In this document: positions 55,922-63,668 of the stretch, piece by piece
How the letters are laid out: every line of letters begins with the position of its first letter
Position numbering within the stretch: position 1 is the first letter of the stretch
Assembly: GCA_018902845.1 (NCBI GenBank)
Contig: JAHIPV010000009.1
Location: 8,950 to 72,949 of the forward strand
Reading direction: 5' to 3'
Length of the DNA stretch: 64,000 nt
Source of the DNA: Patescibacteria group bacterium
GTDB taxonomy: Bacteria; Patescibacteriota; Microgenomatia; UBA12405
Translations under genes and position numbers: made by a program
The notes under the pieces: model-generated
What the model saw: the letters and a program-made list of their open reading frames with translations, nothing else
Databases searched by the model: none
Told to the model about the DNA's origin: nothing

Positions 55922-56746
55922 ATGTTAATGGACGTTAAAGAAGGATTGAAAAACTTAAAAGAACAAGAGAGACAGATACCTGAAATTGAAAGAAAAGCAG
56001 TGGTAGGTTTAGTTAGAGAAATGACTATGCCCTTGAACCTAAGAGATGGTCTTTTTGATACAGCCGTAACGAGATTTACAGACGTGTGTGACCATTTGAG
56101 AGTTGTTTTTGTTTTTCCTGTTCCTGGTGAAGTGCCGGACTTAACGATAGTTGAAGATGATGGGTTATCAAAAATTGTAGTGGAAGAACATAAAATAGCA
56201 AAATCCCAAGTGGAAACAAACAATCTTTTTGGGCCTAAGGTTGATGAAGTAATAACGTTAATTAAGATTAGAGATGATTTATCATTAGCTGAACTTGGGA
56301 AATTGATAAAAACTATTAGAGAACTAAGCAAGTCTCCTTTGTGGAGTGGAAAAGATCAACAGCAGGCTGATGAATGGCAGGAGGGAGTTAGAGAGTATAG
56401 CTCAAACTTGAGATGGGCCGGATTGGCCATGATGGAGGTACAAAAACAAGCAAATGGAAAACAAGCAAAAGAAACGAGCGATTTTGACGATTTTTATCGT
56501 AAATCAGTTGAGATTGTTTTTAAATTAGGCCAAGCTATTGATTTAGATCGAAGGAACGGTTCAGTCCCGACCTTGGATGAAGCTTGTGAAGAATTAAAGA
56601 GAAATAAAACGGATGAATATGGAGAAGCATTGCAACAGGGTTTGCAATATGCCAGATATGCGGGTAAATCAAAAAGACAATTAGAGTTTGCTGATATGGC
56701 TAGGCTTTATCAGAGAGTAAAGAAGAATAAAAGAATTGCCTGTTGA
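55922..56746 (+). CDS. Hypothetical protein (cassette gene 1)
   Basis: 274 aa, acidic, no TM and no recognisable motif. Overlaps the next gene by 11 nt. Confidence 0.4.
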   Translation: MLMDVKEGLKNLKEQERQIPEIERKAVVGLVREMTMPLNLRDGLFDTAVTRFTDVCDHLRVVFVFPVPGEVPDLTIVEDDGLSKIVVEEHKIAKSQVETNNLFGPKVDEVITLIKIRDDLSLAELGKLIKTIRELSKSPLWSGKDQQQADEWQEGVREYSSNLRWAGLAMMEVQKQANGKQAKETSDFDDFYRKSVEIVFKLGQAIDLDRRNGSVPTLDEACEELKRNKTDEYGEALQQGLQYARYAGKSKRQLEFADMARLYQRVKKNKRIAC

Positions 56747-57401
56747 TTTTGCAGAAGCTGTGGTTTTGCGAGGAATAGAACAGATGTATCAAGAGTTGCC
56801 AGTACCAAAATGGGTTAAGGCTTTAATAAGGGCTGATTTAGAAGATGAAAATCAACTAAAACAAATTACTCAAGCAATTGATCAGGAACTTGGATCAGGA
56901 GTGGTTGGACAAATAATTCACGAGTTTTTGAGTTATGAAAAGTATCAACGGTATTGTTTTGATGAAAATGAGAAAAAAAAAGAAGACGTAAAATTAATGG
57001 AGTTACTAATAAAAAATGAAAGTAAAAAAGATATCAAGGCGTTGTTAATTAGATATCAAGACCACTTACAAAGCCTGGGATTAGGTAAAGATAATATTGT
57101 CCGGTTTAGCGACTGGCTAGAAGACCCTGAGTTTTTTGATAAAGAGAAGAAAGCCAAATTATTAAGAGAGTCGAGTAAAAAGTTTGGATGGGAAAAAGAT
57201 AAGAATGTTAGAAACCTCGATGATGTGAATGGTTATTATCAAAATCTCTTAAAAACAGCGGATGAAGAAGAAATAAGAGAGTTATTAAAGGAACAAACTC
57301 GCTTTCAAAAAACCATGATGATTATGATTGTTGATGAAATGAGAATTAATTATGGTGGCTGGGAAGGACTTTGTTGTTGGCTAGGTCTGCTATGGCATTA
57401 G
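56736..57401 (+). CDS. Hypothetical protein (cassette gene 2)
   Basis: 221 aa with no recognisable motif. Overlaps the next gene by 31 nt. Confidence 0.4.
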   Translation: MPVDFAEAVVLRGIEQMYQELPVPKWVKALIRADLEDENQLKQITQAIDQELGSGVVGQIIHEFLSYEKYQRYCFDENEKKKEDVKLMELLIKNESKKDIKALLIRYQDHLQSLGLGKDNIVRFSDWLEDPEFFDKEKKAKLLRESSKKFGWEKDKNVRNLDDVNGYYQNLLKTADEEEIRELLKEQTRFQKTMMIMIVDEMRINYGGWEGLCCWLGLLWH

Positions 57402-57988
57402 GGATAAATCTTGAAAAAATTAGTGGTGCTGATACTTTTGGTCACACGACGCTATCTGTTAAATGGGCTGATGGTGATGAAAATGTTGTGGAGGCAAGTG
57501 CTTATAAAGGAAGTGAGCTGGTTGATATAAAAGAAGTTGCAGATCCAAATGGACTACTGCAAAAAGGAGAAAGAGTCGTAAAAAGATTGAGTGGTAAAAG
57601 ATATCTTTTGGTTGATATTCGAAAATATCTTGCTTCTCGTGTTTTAGTAAATTTACAAATTTGCTTGGATACGAATTCTTTGTTGAAAAAATTTCAGCAA
57701 GAAATTTTTTTCAACTCAGCTGATATAAATAATTGGTTCGCCGATAGACACAGTCAGGGACATAAAACTATGGCGAGTATTACCAGAGCTACTGGTAAAA
57801 AGAAAGATGAAATCGATCGGATGCTTGATAGATTAACGTTTTTGTGTCCAAATTATTATAGAGCCAGTGGAGAAGGAGATGAATTATCTGGAGAGTATTC
57901 TGATTACCCTGATTTCCAGAAAATGATGAGAAGGTTGTTTAAAGAAAGAAGTGAGGAGAAAGGAGAAAAGAATAGGTTTTATTCGTAA
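57371..57988 (+). CDS. Hypothetical protein (cassette gene 3)
   Basis: 205 aa with no recognisable motif. Its stop codon lies inside the right direct repeat. Confidence 0.4.
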   Translation: MLLARSAMALGINLEKISGADTFGHTTLSVKWADGDENVVEASAYKGSELVDIKEVADPNGLLQKGERVVKRLSGKRYLLVDIRKYLASRVLVNLQICLDTNSLLKKFQQEIFFNSADINNWFADRHSQGHKTMASITRATGKKKDEIDRMLDRLTFLCPNYYRASGEGDELSGEYSDYPDFQKMMRRLFKERSEEKGEKNRFYS

Positions 57989-59166
57989 CGGAGGGCGTCG
58001 ATGGGATTTAGCTCTGAAGCTTTTTTGGCTGGATACCAGCCAAAAAGCAGACCGACGGCGGCCGATACACCGACAGCCAAAAGAATTGATTTTAGACTAA
58101 CTATAAAATGTATACCCATAGCGGTAGAAGCAAAATATGTCAAAACCGCTCCGATTATGACTCCAAATATTCCTCCAAACAAAGTTAAAACCAGCGATTC
58201 GATTAAGAATTGAGATAAAATATCTTTTCTTTTGGCTCCGATGGCCTTAAGAAGGCCAATGTCTTTGGTCCTTTCTGTGACAGTAACCAGCATTATATTC
58301 ATAATTCCGATTCCTCCGACCAAGAGCGATATGGCGGCAATTCCGGATAATACGGTGGTCAAAACTCCGGTAACACTACTCATTGATTCAATCATTTGCT
58401 GAGGACTTCTAAGATCAAAGTCTGCATTATCAGGATCACTTATTTCATGTCTTTCCAGAAGTAAGTTTTCAATATTTGTTAAAGTTTGCTCCATTATTTG
58501 GTTGTCAATTACTCTGACGGAAATACTACTGTAGTAATCGTGTCCAAATAATATTTTTTGAGCTGTAGATATGGGTATTATGACACTGGAGCTGTCTTTG
58601 ATAACTCCTACAATTTTGAAAGTCTTGCCGTCAATTCTGATTTTTTGGCCAACTACCATAGCTCCTTGGCCAAATAAATCTTCAACAAGCTCATCGCCCA
58701 GTACTACACTTCTGGTCATACTATATATACTACTTTGATTCAAAAAATCGCCCTGAGAAAACTCTAATGATTGAATTTGAGCATAGTCGTATTCGACTCC
58801 ATTTATGGAAGAAGAGGTGGAATTTTCTTCAAAAACTAGATTTTTTTGACCACTGACTATTCCACTGACCGCTTCTATGTTTGGCAATTCTAAAATAGCC
58901 GTAGTATCTTCTTTTACCAATGTATCAAAGGTTCCGCCTGTCATGCCCGGTCCCCTTCTGGCTCTACCCGGAGATACGGTTATGACATTGGTTCCAAAAG
59001 TAGAAATTTGATCAACAATTGACTGAGTGGAACCTTCTCCCAGGGACATAATGGTAATGACAGATCCAATGCCGATAACAATTCCCAACATTGTCAGCAT
59101 GGTTCGGGCAAGGTTGCTTTTGAGTTCGGTTAAAGCCAATATTATTAATTCTTTTATATCAATCAT
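57979..59166 (-). CDS. ABC transporter permease (MacB/FtsX family)
   Basis: N-terminal TM, a large periplasmic domain and a C-terminal FtsX-like 3-TM bundle; 395 aa. Confidence 0.8.
   Translation of the reverse strand: MIDIKELIILALTELKSNLARTMLTMLGIVIGIGSVITIMSLGEGSTQSIVDQISTFGTNVITVSPGRARRGPGMTGGTFDTLVKEDTTAILELPNIEAVSGIVSGQKNLVFEENSTSSSINGVEYDYAQIQSLEFSQGDFLNQSSIYSMTRSVVLGDELVEDLFGQGAMVVGQKIRIDGKTFKIVGVIKDSSSVIIPISTAQKILFGHDYYSSISVRVIDNQIMEQTLTNIENLLLERHEISDPDNADFDLRSPQQMIESMSSVTGVLTTVLSGIAAISLLVGGIGIMNIMLVTVTERTKDIGLLKAIGAKRKDILSQFLIESLVLTLFGGIFGVIIGAVLTYFASTAMGIHFIVSLKSILLAVGVSAAVGLLFGWYPAKKASELNPIDALRYE
57982..58008. repeat. Right 27-bp direct repeat, the native 3-prime end of the FtsX permease gene
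   Basis: The reverse complement encodes PIDALRYE followed by a stop. Confidence 0.9.
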
Positions 59167-59887
59167 GTGTAATAAAACTGGCGGTTTTTAATTTATAATC
59201 ACGGCTCTCGACTAGTCCGTCTGTAATTTTTATTATTCTTTTGGCAAAGGCAGCAATGTCATCTTCGTGTGTAATTACAACAACAGTACTGCCTTTTTTG
59301 TTTAATTGAACAAGAAATTTCATAACTTCATGAGCCGTCTTTGTATCTAAATTACCTGTTGGCTCATCGGCCAAGATTATGGATGGATTCATGGTTAAGG
59401 CTCTGGCTATAGCTACTCTTTGTATTTGTCCTCCTGATATATGATTGGATAAATTGGAAGCCTTGTCTGCTAGACCTACAATTTTTAGCACTTCCATAGC
59501 TCTTTTTTTTCTTTTTTCTTCCGGGTATCCGGCATAAAGCATGGGCCTTTCTACATTTTTTAATACTGTAGTTCTGGGCAGGAGGTTATAAGATTGAAAA
59601 ATGAAACCTATTTGTTTGTTTCTAATTTCAGCTAATTCGTCAGGGTTATAATGAGAAATATTTTTTCCATTTAAAAAGTATTTTCCTGAAGTTGGAGAAT
59701 CAAGAGCTCCCATCAAATTCATAATGGTTGATTTGCCCGAGCCTGAGTGTCCGATGATAGCCACAAATTCCCCTTTGTTGATTTTTATATCTATTCCTTT
59801 TAATGCCTGATATTTAACTGGTCCGGTTATATAAGTTTTTGTTATTTGTTCAAACTTAATGATTGGATTGTTTTTGTTTTTTTTCAT
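59159..59887 (-). CDS. ABC transporter ATP-binding protein (MacB/LolD-like)
   Basis: Walker A GHSGSGKST, signature ISGGQIQR, Walker B ILADEPTGNLD. Confidence 0.85.
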   Translation of the reverse strand: MKKNKNNPIIKFEQITKTYITGPVKYQALKGIDIKINKGEFVAIIGHSGSGKSTIMNLMGALDSPTSGKYFLNGKNISHYNPDELAEIRNKQIGFIFQSYNLLPRTTVLKNVERPMLYAGYPEEKRKKRAMEVLKIVGLADKASNLSNHISGGQIQRVAIARALTMNPSIILADEPTGNLDTKTAHEVMKFLVQLNKKGSTVVVITHEDDIAAFAKRIIKITDGLVESRDYKLKTASFITHD

Positions 59888-61077
59888 CTCATTCCGCCCA
59901 TGGGCAATATCCCTCCGCTACTGCCGGAGTCTTGGGATGAATCAGTTGTTTGGCTTGTAATTATTTCATCTCCCTCGGATATGCCTTTTAGTATTTCTGT
60001 TTTGCTATCACCCACTATGCCTATTTCAACGGGTATATATAACAATTCTCCGCTTTTTTTGTCCAAAACTTGGACGGCTTTTTCACCTTGATAAGTTTTT
60101 ATAGCGCTATTGGTGACAGCCAGAACATCTTGGGCACTTTTTGTTTCTATATCAATCTGAACCGTCATACCAGCTTTTATATTTTCTTCAACTTGGCCCA
60201 AATTTACATAAATATTATAGGTAATAATACCCGATGTGTCAGTGCCAATATCGTCAACTCTGTCAACTATGCCTTCAATTTCGGATCCCTTTAAGGCGTC
60301 AACAATGACAGTGGCTTTTTGGCCGGCTTGAATATCGCTTATGTCACTTTCAGATACTGCTAGTTTTGCCCAAGAATCAGAGTTGTTTTTTATCATTAGG
60401 GCTATGGTTTCAGGGTTAACTTCCTGTCCGGCTGAAAGAGCTAAATTAGCTATTGTTCCGCTTATTGGCGATTTTATTATTCCGCTGGTTACCTCCTGAT
60501 AGCTTAGCCAAGCTGCGCTTAGGGCCACTTGGGCTTTTTTTATAACTTGCTGTTGATTAAGATAATTGGCTTCTGCGGCCAGCCAATCGGCATGTTGTTG
60601 AATGTAAGTGGGATCATTTTCCAATAAATCACGAGCAACGGCATCGTTTATAAATTTTTGGTTGGCTGAAAAAGAATTTGATTGAAGTGTATATTGAGCA
60701 GACTTGGCTGATTCCAGAGTATTTTTGGCTCCCAGGTAAGACGAATAAGCCGTGCTTTTTTCGGCTTGACTAGCGGTACTTTTTACTTTGAACAATGATT
60801 GTCCGCTTTTTACCATGTCTTGATTTTTTACATATACTTCTTCCACCACACCGGTGATAGTTGAGTTGATATCCGCTTTACCGCTGGTTAAAATTTCACC
60901 AGTTTCAGACACTAGGCTAACTACATTGCCTTTTTTAACTTTTTCAGTTTTGTAAGTTACCGCTTCTTTTTTGCTACCTAAGGTTTTGCTTAGCAAAATT
61001 GCTATTAACACTAAGCCGATTAGCAGTAATATTTTGTTTCTTTTTGATAGCTTTTTGAATTTTTCAATTATTTTCAT
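59884..61077 (-). CDS. HlyD/MacA-family periplasmic adaptor subunit
   Basis: N-terminal TM, coiled-coil hairpin, and biotinyl/lipoyl-like and beta-barrel domains; 397 aa. Confidence 0.7.
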   Translation of the reverse strand: MKIIEKFKKLSKRNKILLLIGLVLIAILLSKTLGSKKEAVTYKTEKVKKGNVVSLVSETGEILTSGKADINSTITGVVEEVYVKNQDMVKSGQSLFKVKSTASQAEKSTAYSSYLGAKNTLESAKSAQYTLQSNSFSANQKFINDAVARDLLENDPTYIQQHADWLAAEANYLNQQQVIKKAQVALSAAWLSYQEVTSGIIKSPISGTIANLALSAGQEVNPETIALMIKNNSDSWAKLAVSESDISDIQAGQKATVIVDALKGSEIEGIVDRVDDIGTDTSGIITYNIYVNLGQVEENIKAGMTVQIDIETKSAQDVLAVTNSAIKTYQGEKAVQVLDKKSGELLYIPVEIGIVGDSKTEILKGISEGDEIITSQTTDSSQDSGSSGGILPMGGMR

Positions 61078-61111
61078 GTTTGATTTTGAGACTGTTAAGA
61101 TACGGCGCTTT

Positions 61112-61157
61112 GCGCCTAGATTCTTCCCCCGCCATGGCGGGGTCAGAATGACGTAGA
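61112..61157. repeat. GC-rich repeat module
   Basis: CGCCTAGATTCTTCCCCCGCCATGGCGGGGTCAGAATGACG. Confidence 0.8.
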
Positions 61158-61158
61158 G

Positions 61159-61476
61159 TTATGGATGCATTCGCATTATACCCCTGCCCATCGGAAACAT
61201 ACCGGATCCTTCCGAAGGCCTTTCTCCGCTATCCATTCTTTGTTGACGCATGTCCTGCATTTTTTGGTTGATTTCTTCTTCCGTTAATCCATCTTCTCGC
61301 CACTTTTCCATCATTATATCTCTTTGCTTTTGCATCAACTCCCTTCTGGCTGCCAAAATTTTTTTGGATTTATAAAATTTGTAGCCTGCTAAAACCGTTA
61401 ATACAATAAGCCCTGTTAATAGCCATTTTAACCAAGGTTTTTTTGTGCTTTTTTCTTTTGTCATAATTTGAATCAT
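61159..61476 (-). CDS. Small membrane-anchored periplasmic protein, possible Spy/CpxP-like (LTXXQ-like motif)
   Basis: N-terminal TM, Gln/Met-rich, and an LTEEEINQKMQDMRQQ segment. Confidence 0.35.
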   Translation of the reverse strand: MIQIMTKEKSTKKPWLKWLLTGLIVLTVLAGYKFYKSKKILAARRELMQKQRDIMMEKWREDGLTEEEINQKMQDMRQQRMDSGERPSEGSGMFPMGRGIMRMHP

Positions 61477-61522
61477 TTTATCACTAAAAAACTGAGAAAA
61501 AGCTGAAAGATTTTCTTACTTG

Positions 61523-61560
61523 TTGACAACACTTGTTTTGTATATTATGATAATATACAA
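61523..61560 (+). promoter_or_regulatory. brnTA promoter TTGACA-17-TATGAT with an overlapping 8-bp inverted repeat operator (TTGTATAT-N7-ATATACAA)
   Basis: Read directly from the sequence. The palindrome spans the -10 element and reaches the start codon. Confidence 0.55.
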
Positions 61561-61853
61561 TGGATTTGTTAAGTAAACTAGAAGGTTTCGACTGGAACAG
61601 AGGAAATGTTAAAAAAAATTGGATAAAACATAAAGTAAATGCAAAAGAAGCTGAAGAAGTTTTTTTTAATAAACCATTGCTTGTTAATTTTGATCAAGAA
61701 CATTCGAAAAAAGAAAAAAGATTTCGAGTGCTTGGCAGAACCAATAAGAAAAGAAGATTATTTATTTCTTTTACTTTAAGAAAGAAAAAAATTAGAATTA
61801 TTTCTGCTCGAGATATGAGCAAGAAAGAAAGGATAAATTATGAAAAAGTTTAA
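61560..61853 (+). CDS. brnT: BrnT toxin (DUF497)
   Basis: FDWNRGNVKKNWIKHKVNAKEAEEVF and IRIISARDMSKKER are the hallmark BrnT motifs. Confidence 0.75.
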   Translation: MDLLSKLEGFDWNRGNVKKNWIKHKVNAKEAEEVFFNKPLLVNFDQEHSKKEKRFRVLGRTNKKRRLFISFTLRKKKIRIISARDMSKKERINYEKV

Positions 61854-62118
61854 AAAGATACCAAAATTTAAAAATGAGAATGAAGAAAGAGAGTTTTGGG
61901 CGACTCATGATTCTACTGAATATGTTGACTGGAGTAAGGCTGTTAAAAATCCGGTTTTCCCCAATCTCAAGCCTTCTACTGAAACTATTTCTTTGAGACT
62001 GCCAAAATATTTATTAGCAAGGCTCAAAGAATTGGCCAATTCTAAAGATGTTCCCTATCAATCATTGTTGAAAATATTTTTGTCTGAAAGAATAGATAAA
62101 GAAATCCAGACGGCCTGA
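61840..62118 (+). CDS. brnA: BrnA antitoxin
   Basis: ISLRLPKYLLARLKELANSKDVPYQSLLKIFL is a BrnA-type RHH C-terminus. Overlaps brnT by 14 nt. Confidence 0.7.
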   Translation: MKKFKKIPKFKNENEEREFWATHDSTEYVDWSKAVKNPVFPNLKPSTETISLRLPKYLLARLKELANSKDVPYQSLLKIFLSERIDKEIQTA

Positions 62119-62169
62119 AAAAACAAAAACACCCTCATTGAAAGAGAGTGTTTTTGTTAGAGACAGGTA

Positions 62170-62607
62170 TTATTTGAAAAATTTTCTTCCTCTGTTACCA
62201 AAGGAATGAAATAATTCCATATCAATACCATTTTCTTCTGCCCATGTACGCATTTCTTGTTGATGCTGTTTTCCGGCTTCGCCACATTCGGCCATAAGTT
62301 CTTCCTTTTTGGCTAGAAAAGCTTCTTTTTGTTCCTGAGTAATTTTGCCGTCAGAGACAGCTTGGTCTAGTCTTTCTTCTAAACCGGCTCTCATCTGTTG
62401 TTGTCTTTGTTGTCTGTGCTCATCAAAAACCTGTTTAACTTCATCTCCGTTTAAATTGAAACGATCGATAAGTTTTTGGACTAATGGCGGATAGGTGCTG
62501 TCGTCGTTGGCGTTAACTACTTTGATTCCAAAAACCATGACTGAAACTAAAAGGGCTAAAACCAAAGTTGTAATAGCGAGTTTCTTTGTGTTCATTTGTT
62601 CCCTCAC
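62170..62607 (-). CDS. Periplasmic LTXXQ-motif (Spy/CpxP-like) protein
   Basis: Signal/TM, Gln-rich helices and a KITQEQKEAFLAKKEEL segment; 145 aa. Confidence 0.4.
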   Translation of the reverse strand: MREQMNTKKLAITTLVLALLVSVMVFGIKVVNANDDSTYPPLVQKLIDRFNLNGDEVKQVFDEHRQQRQQQMRAGLEERLDQAVSDGKITQEQKEAFLAKKEELMAECGEAGKQHQQEMRTWAEENGIDMELFHSFGNRGRKFFK

Positions 62608-62666
62608 CTCCTTTTATTTATTAATTGCTAATAAGAGGATGATAGGAAAGGAAACTGAGAAGAGGC

Positions 62667-63668
62667 TTAAGAAAGCGGGAGGCGGAGGGTGAAGGTGGAG
62701 CCGTGACGGATTTCGCTTTTTACACTAATTGAGCCTTGGTGTTGGGTGATTATTTTTTTTGCTAATGATAAGCCTAATCCAAAACCCATTTGTTTTGATC
62801 GTGAAACGTCTACACGATAAAAACGATCGAAAATGTGAGGAATATGTTGTTTTGAAATTCCAATACCAGTATCTTTGATTTTTAATATTAAGTATTTTTT
62901 GGTCGTTTGGGTTGCGACAAGGACTGAGCCTTTTTTTGGCGTATATTTTATGGCATTGTCCAGCAATATTATTAAGAGTTCTGTTAGCAAATCGCTATCT
63001 CCTCTTACTGTTTGGTTTTTTGGTTCTGGGCTTATACGGACTTTAATTTTTTTCTGTTTGGCTAAAGGATCAATGCTTTTTAAGGCTTTGTTGACAACAT
63101 CGGCGATTTTTGTTGTTTTTAATTTTAGGTTGTTACTATTATCATCCTGTTTGGCAAGACGCAAAAGATTGTTTGTTAAAGAATTTAAATTATTTACATC
63201 ACTTAAATTACTTTTTAATATTTCTTTGGTTTGTTTTGAAAGTTTTTTGGTTCGTAAATCTACCTCCATGGAAGTTTTTAGAGCTGTTAAGGGAGTACGA
63301 AGTTCGTGGGAAGCGTCGGCTATAAATGTTTTTTGTTTTTTCATTGCTTTTTCTATTGGCTTTAGAGTTTTGCCTGCCAAAAAATAACCGGCAGTAGCAG
63401 AAAAAAACAATATGACTCCGTTGGTGTAGATCAAAAGAAAAAGGAGACTTTTTTGGGCATTTTTTAAATCCTGATCCAAAAGGCTGTGCAAAGGCGGAGG
63501 GACTCTTTCTGTGTTAAATCTTCTTTCGATATTGGTAAGGCTTCTTTTGAGTTGAAAATTGACTCTGGTGTAAATGAACAAGGAAAAAACACCCGAAATA
63601 ATCATGATGATGACTAGATAGTAGATGGTTAGTTTGATTCTGGCTGATTTAAACATTCTGTTTATCAC
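62667..63668 (-). CDS. Sensor histidine kinase (two TM helices, HisKA, HATPase_c)
   Basis: SHELRTPLTAL H-box, N-box LDNAIKYTP, and G-boxes DTGIGI and GFGLGLSLAKKI. Confidence 0.8.
   Translation of the reverse strand: MINRMFKSARIKLTIYYLVIIMIISGVFSLFIYTRVNFQLKRSLTNIERRFNTERVPPPLHSLLDQDLKNAQKSLLFLLIYTNGVILFFSATAGYFLAGKTLKPIEKAMKKQKTFIADASHELRTPLTALKTSMEVDLRTKKLSKQTKEILKSNLSDVNNLNSLTNNLLRLAKQDDNSNNLKLKTTKIADVVNKALKSIDPLAKQKKIKVRISPEPKNQTVRGDSDLLTELLIILLDNAIKYTPKKGSVLVATQTTKKYLILKIKDTGIGISKQHIPHIFDRFYRVDVSRSKQMGFGLGLSLAKKIITQHQGSISVKSEIRHGSTFTLRLPLS

Larger units (their letters stand above)
55221..57981. mobile_element. Candidate 2.8-kb inserted cassette (no integrase) carrying a BrnTA-like pair and three unknown genes
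   Basis: Bounded by perfect 27-bp direct repeats. The right repeat is the genuine 3-prime end of the permease gene, ending in a stop codon. Confidence 0.55.

Noticed and set aside
55194-58008. Prophage or integron interpretation of the cassette
   Set aside because: There is no integrase, no attC-like structure, and no phage structural or replication genes. It is described only as an insertion cassette with direct repeats.
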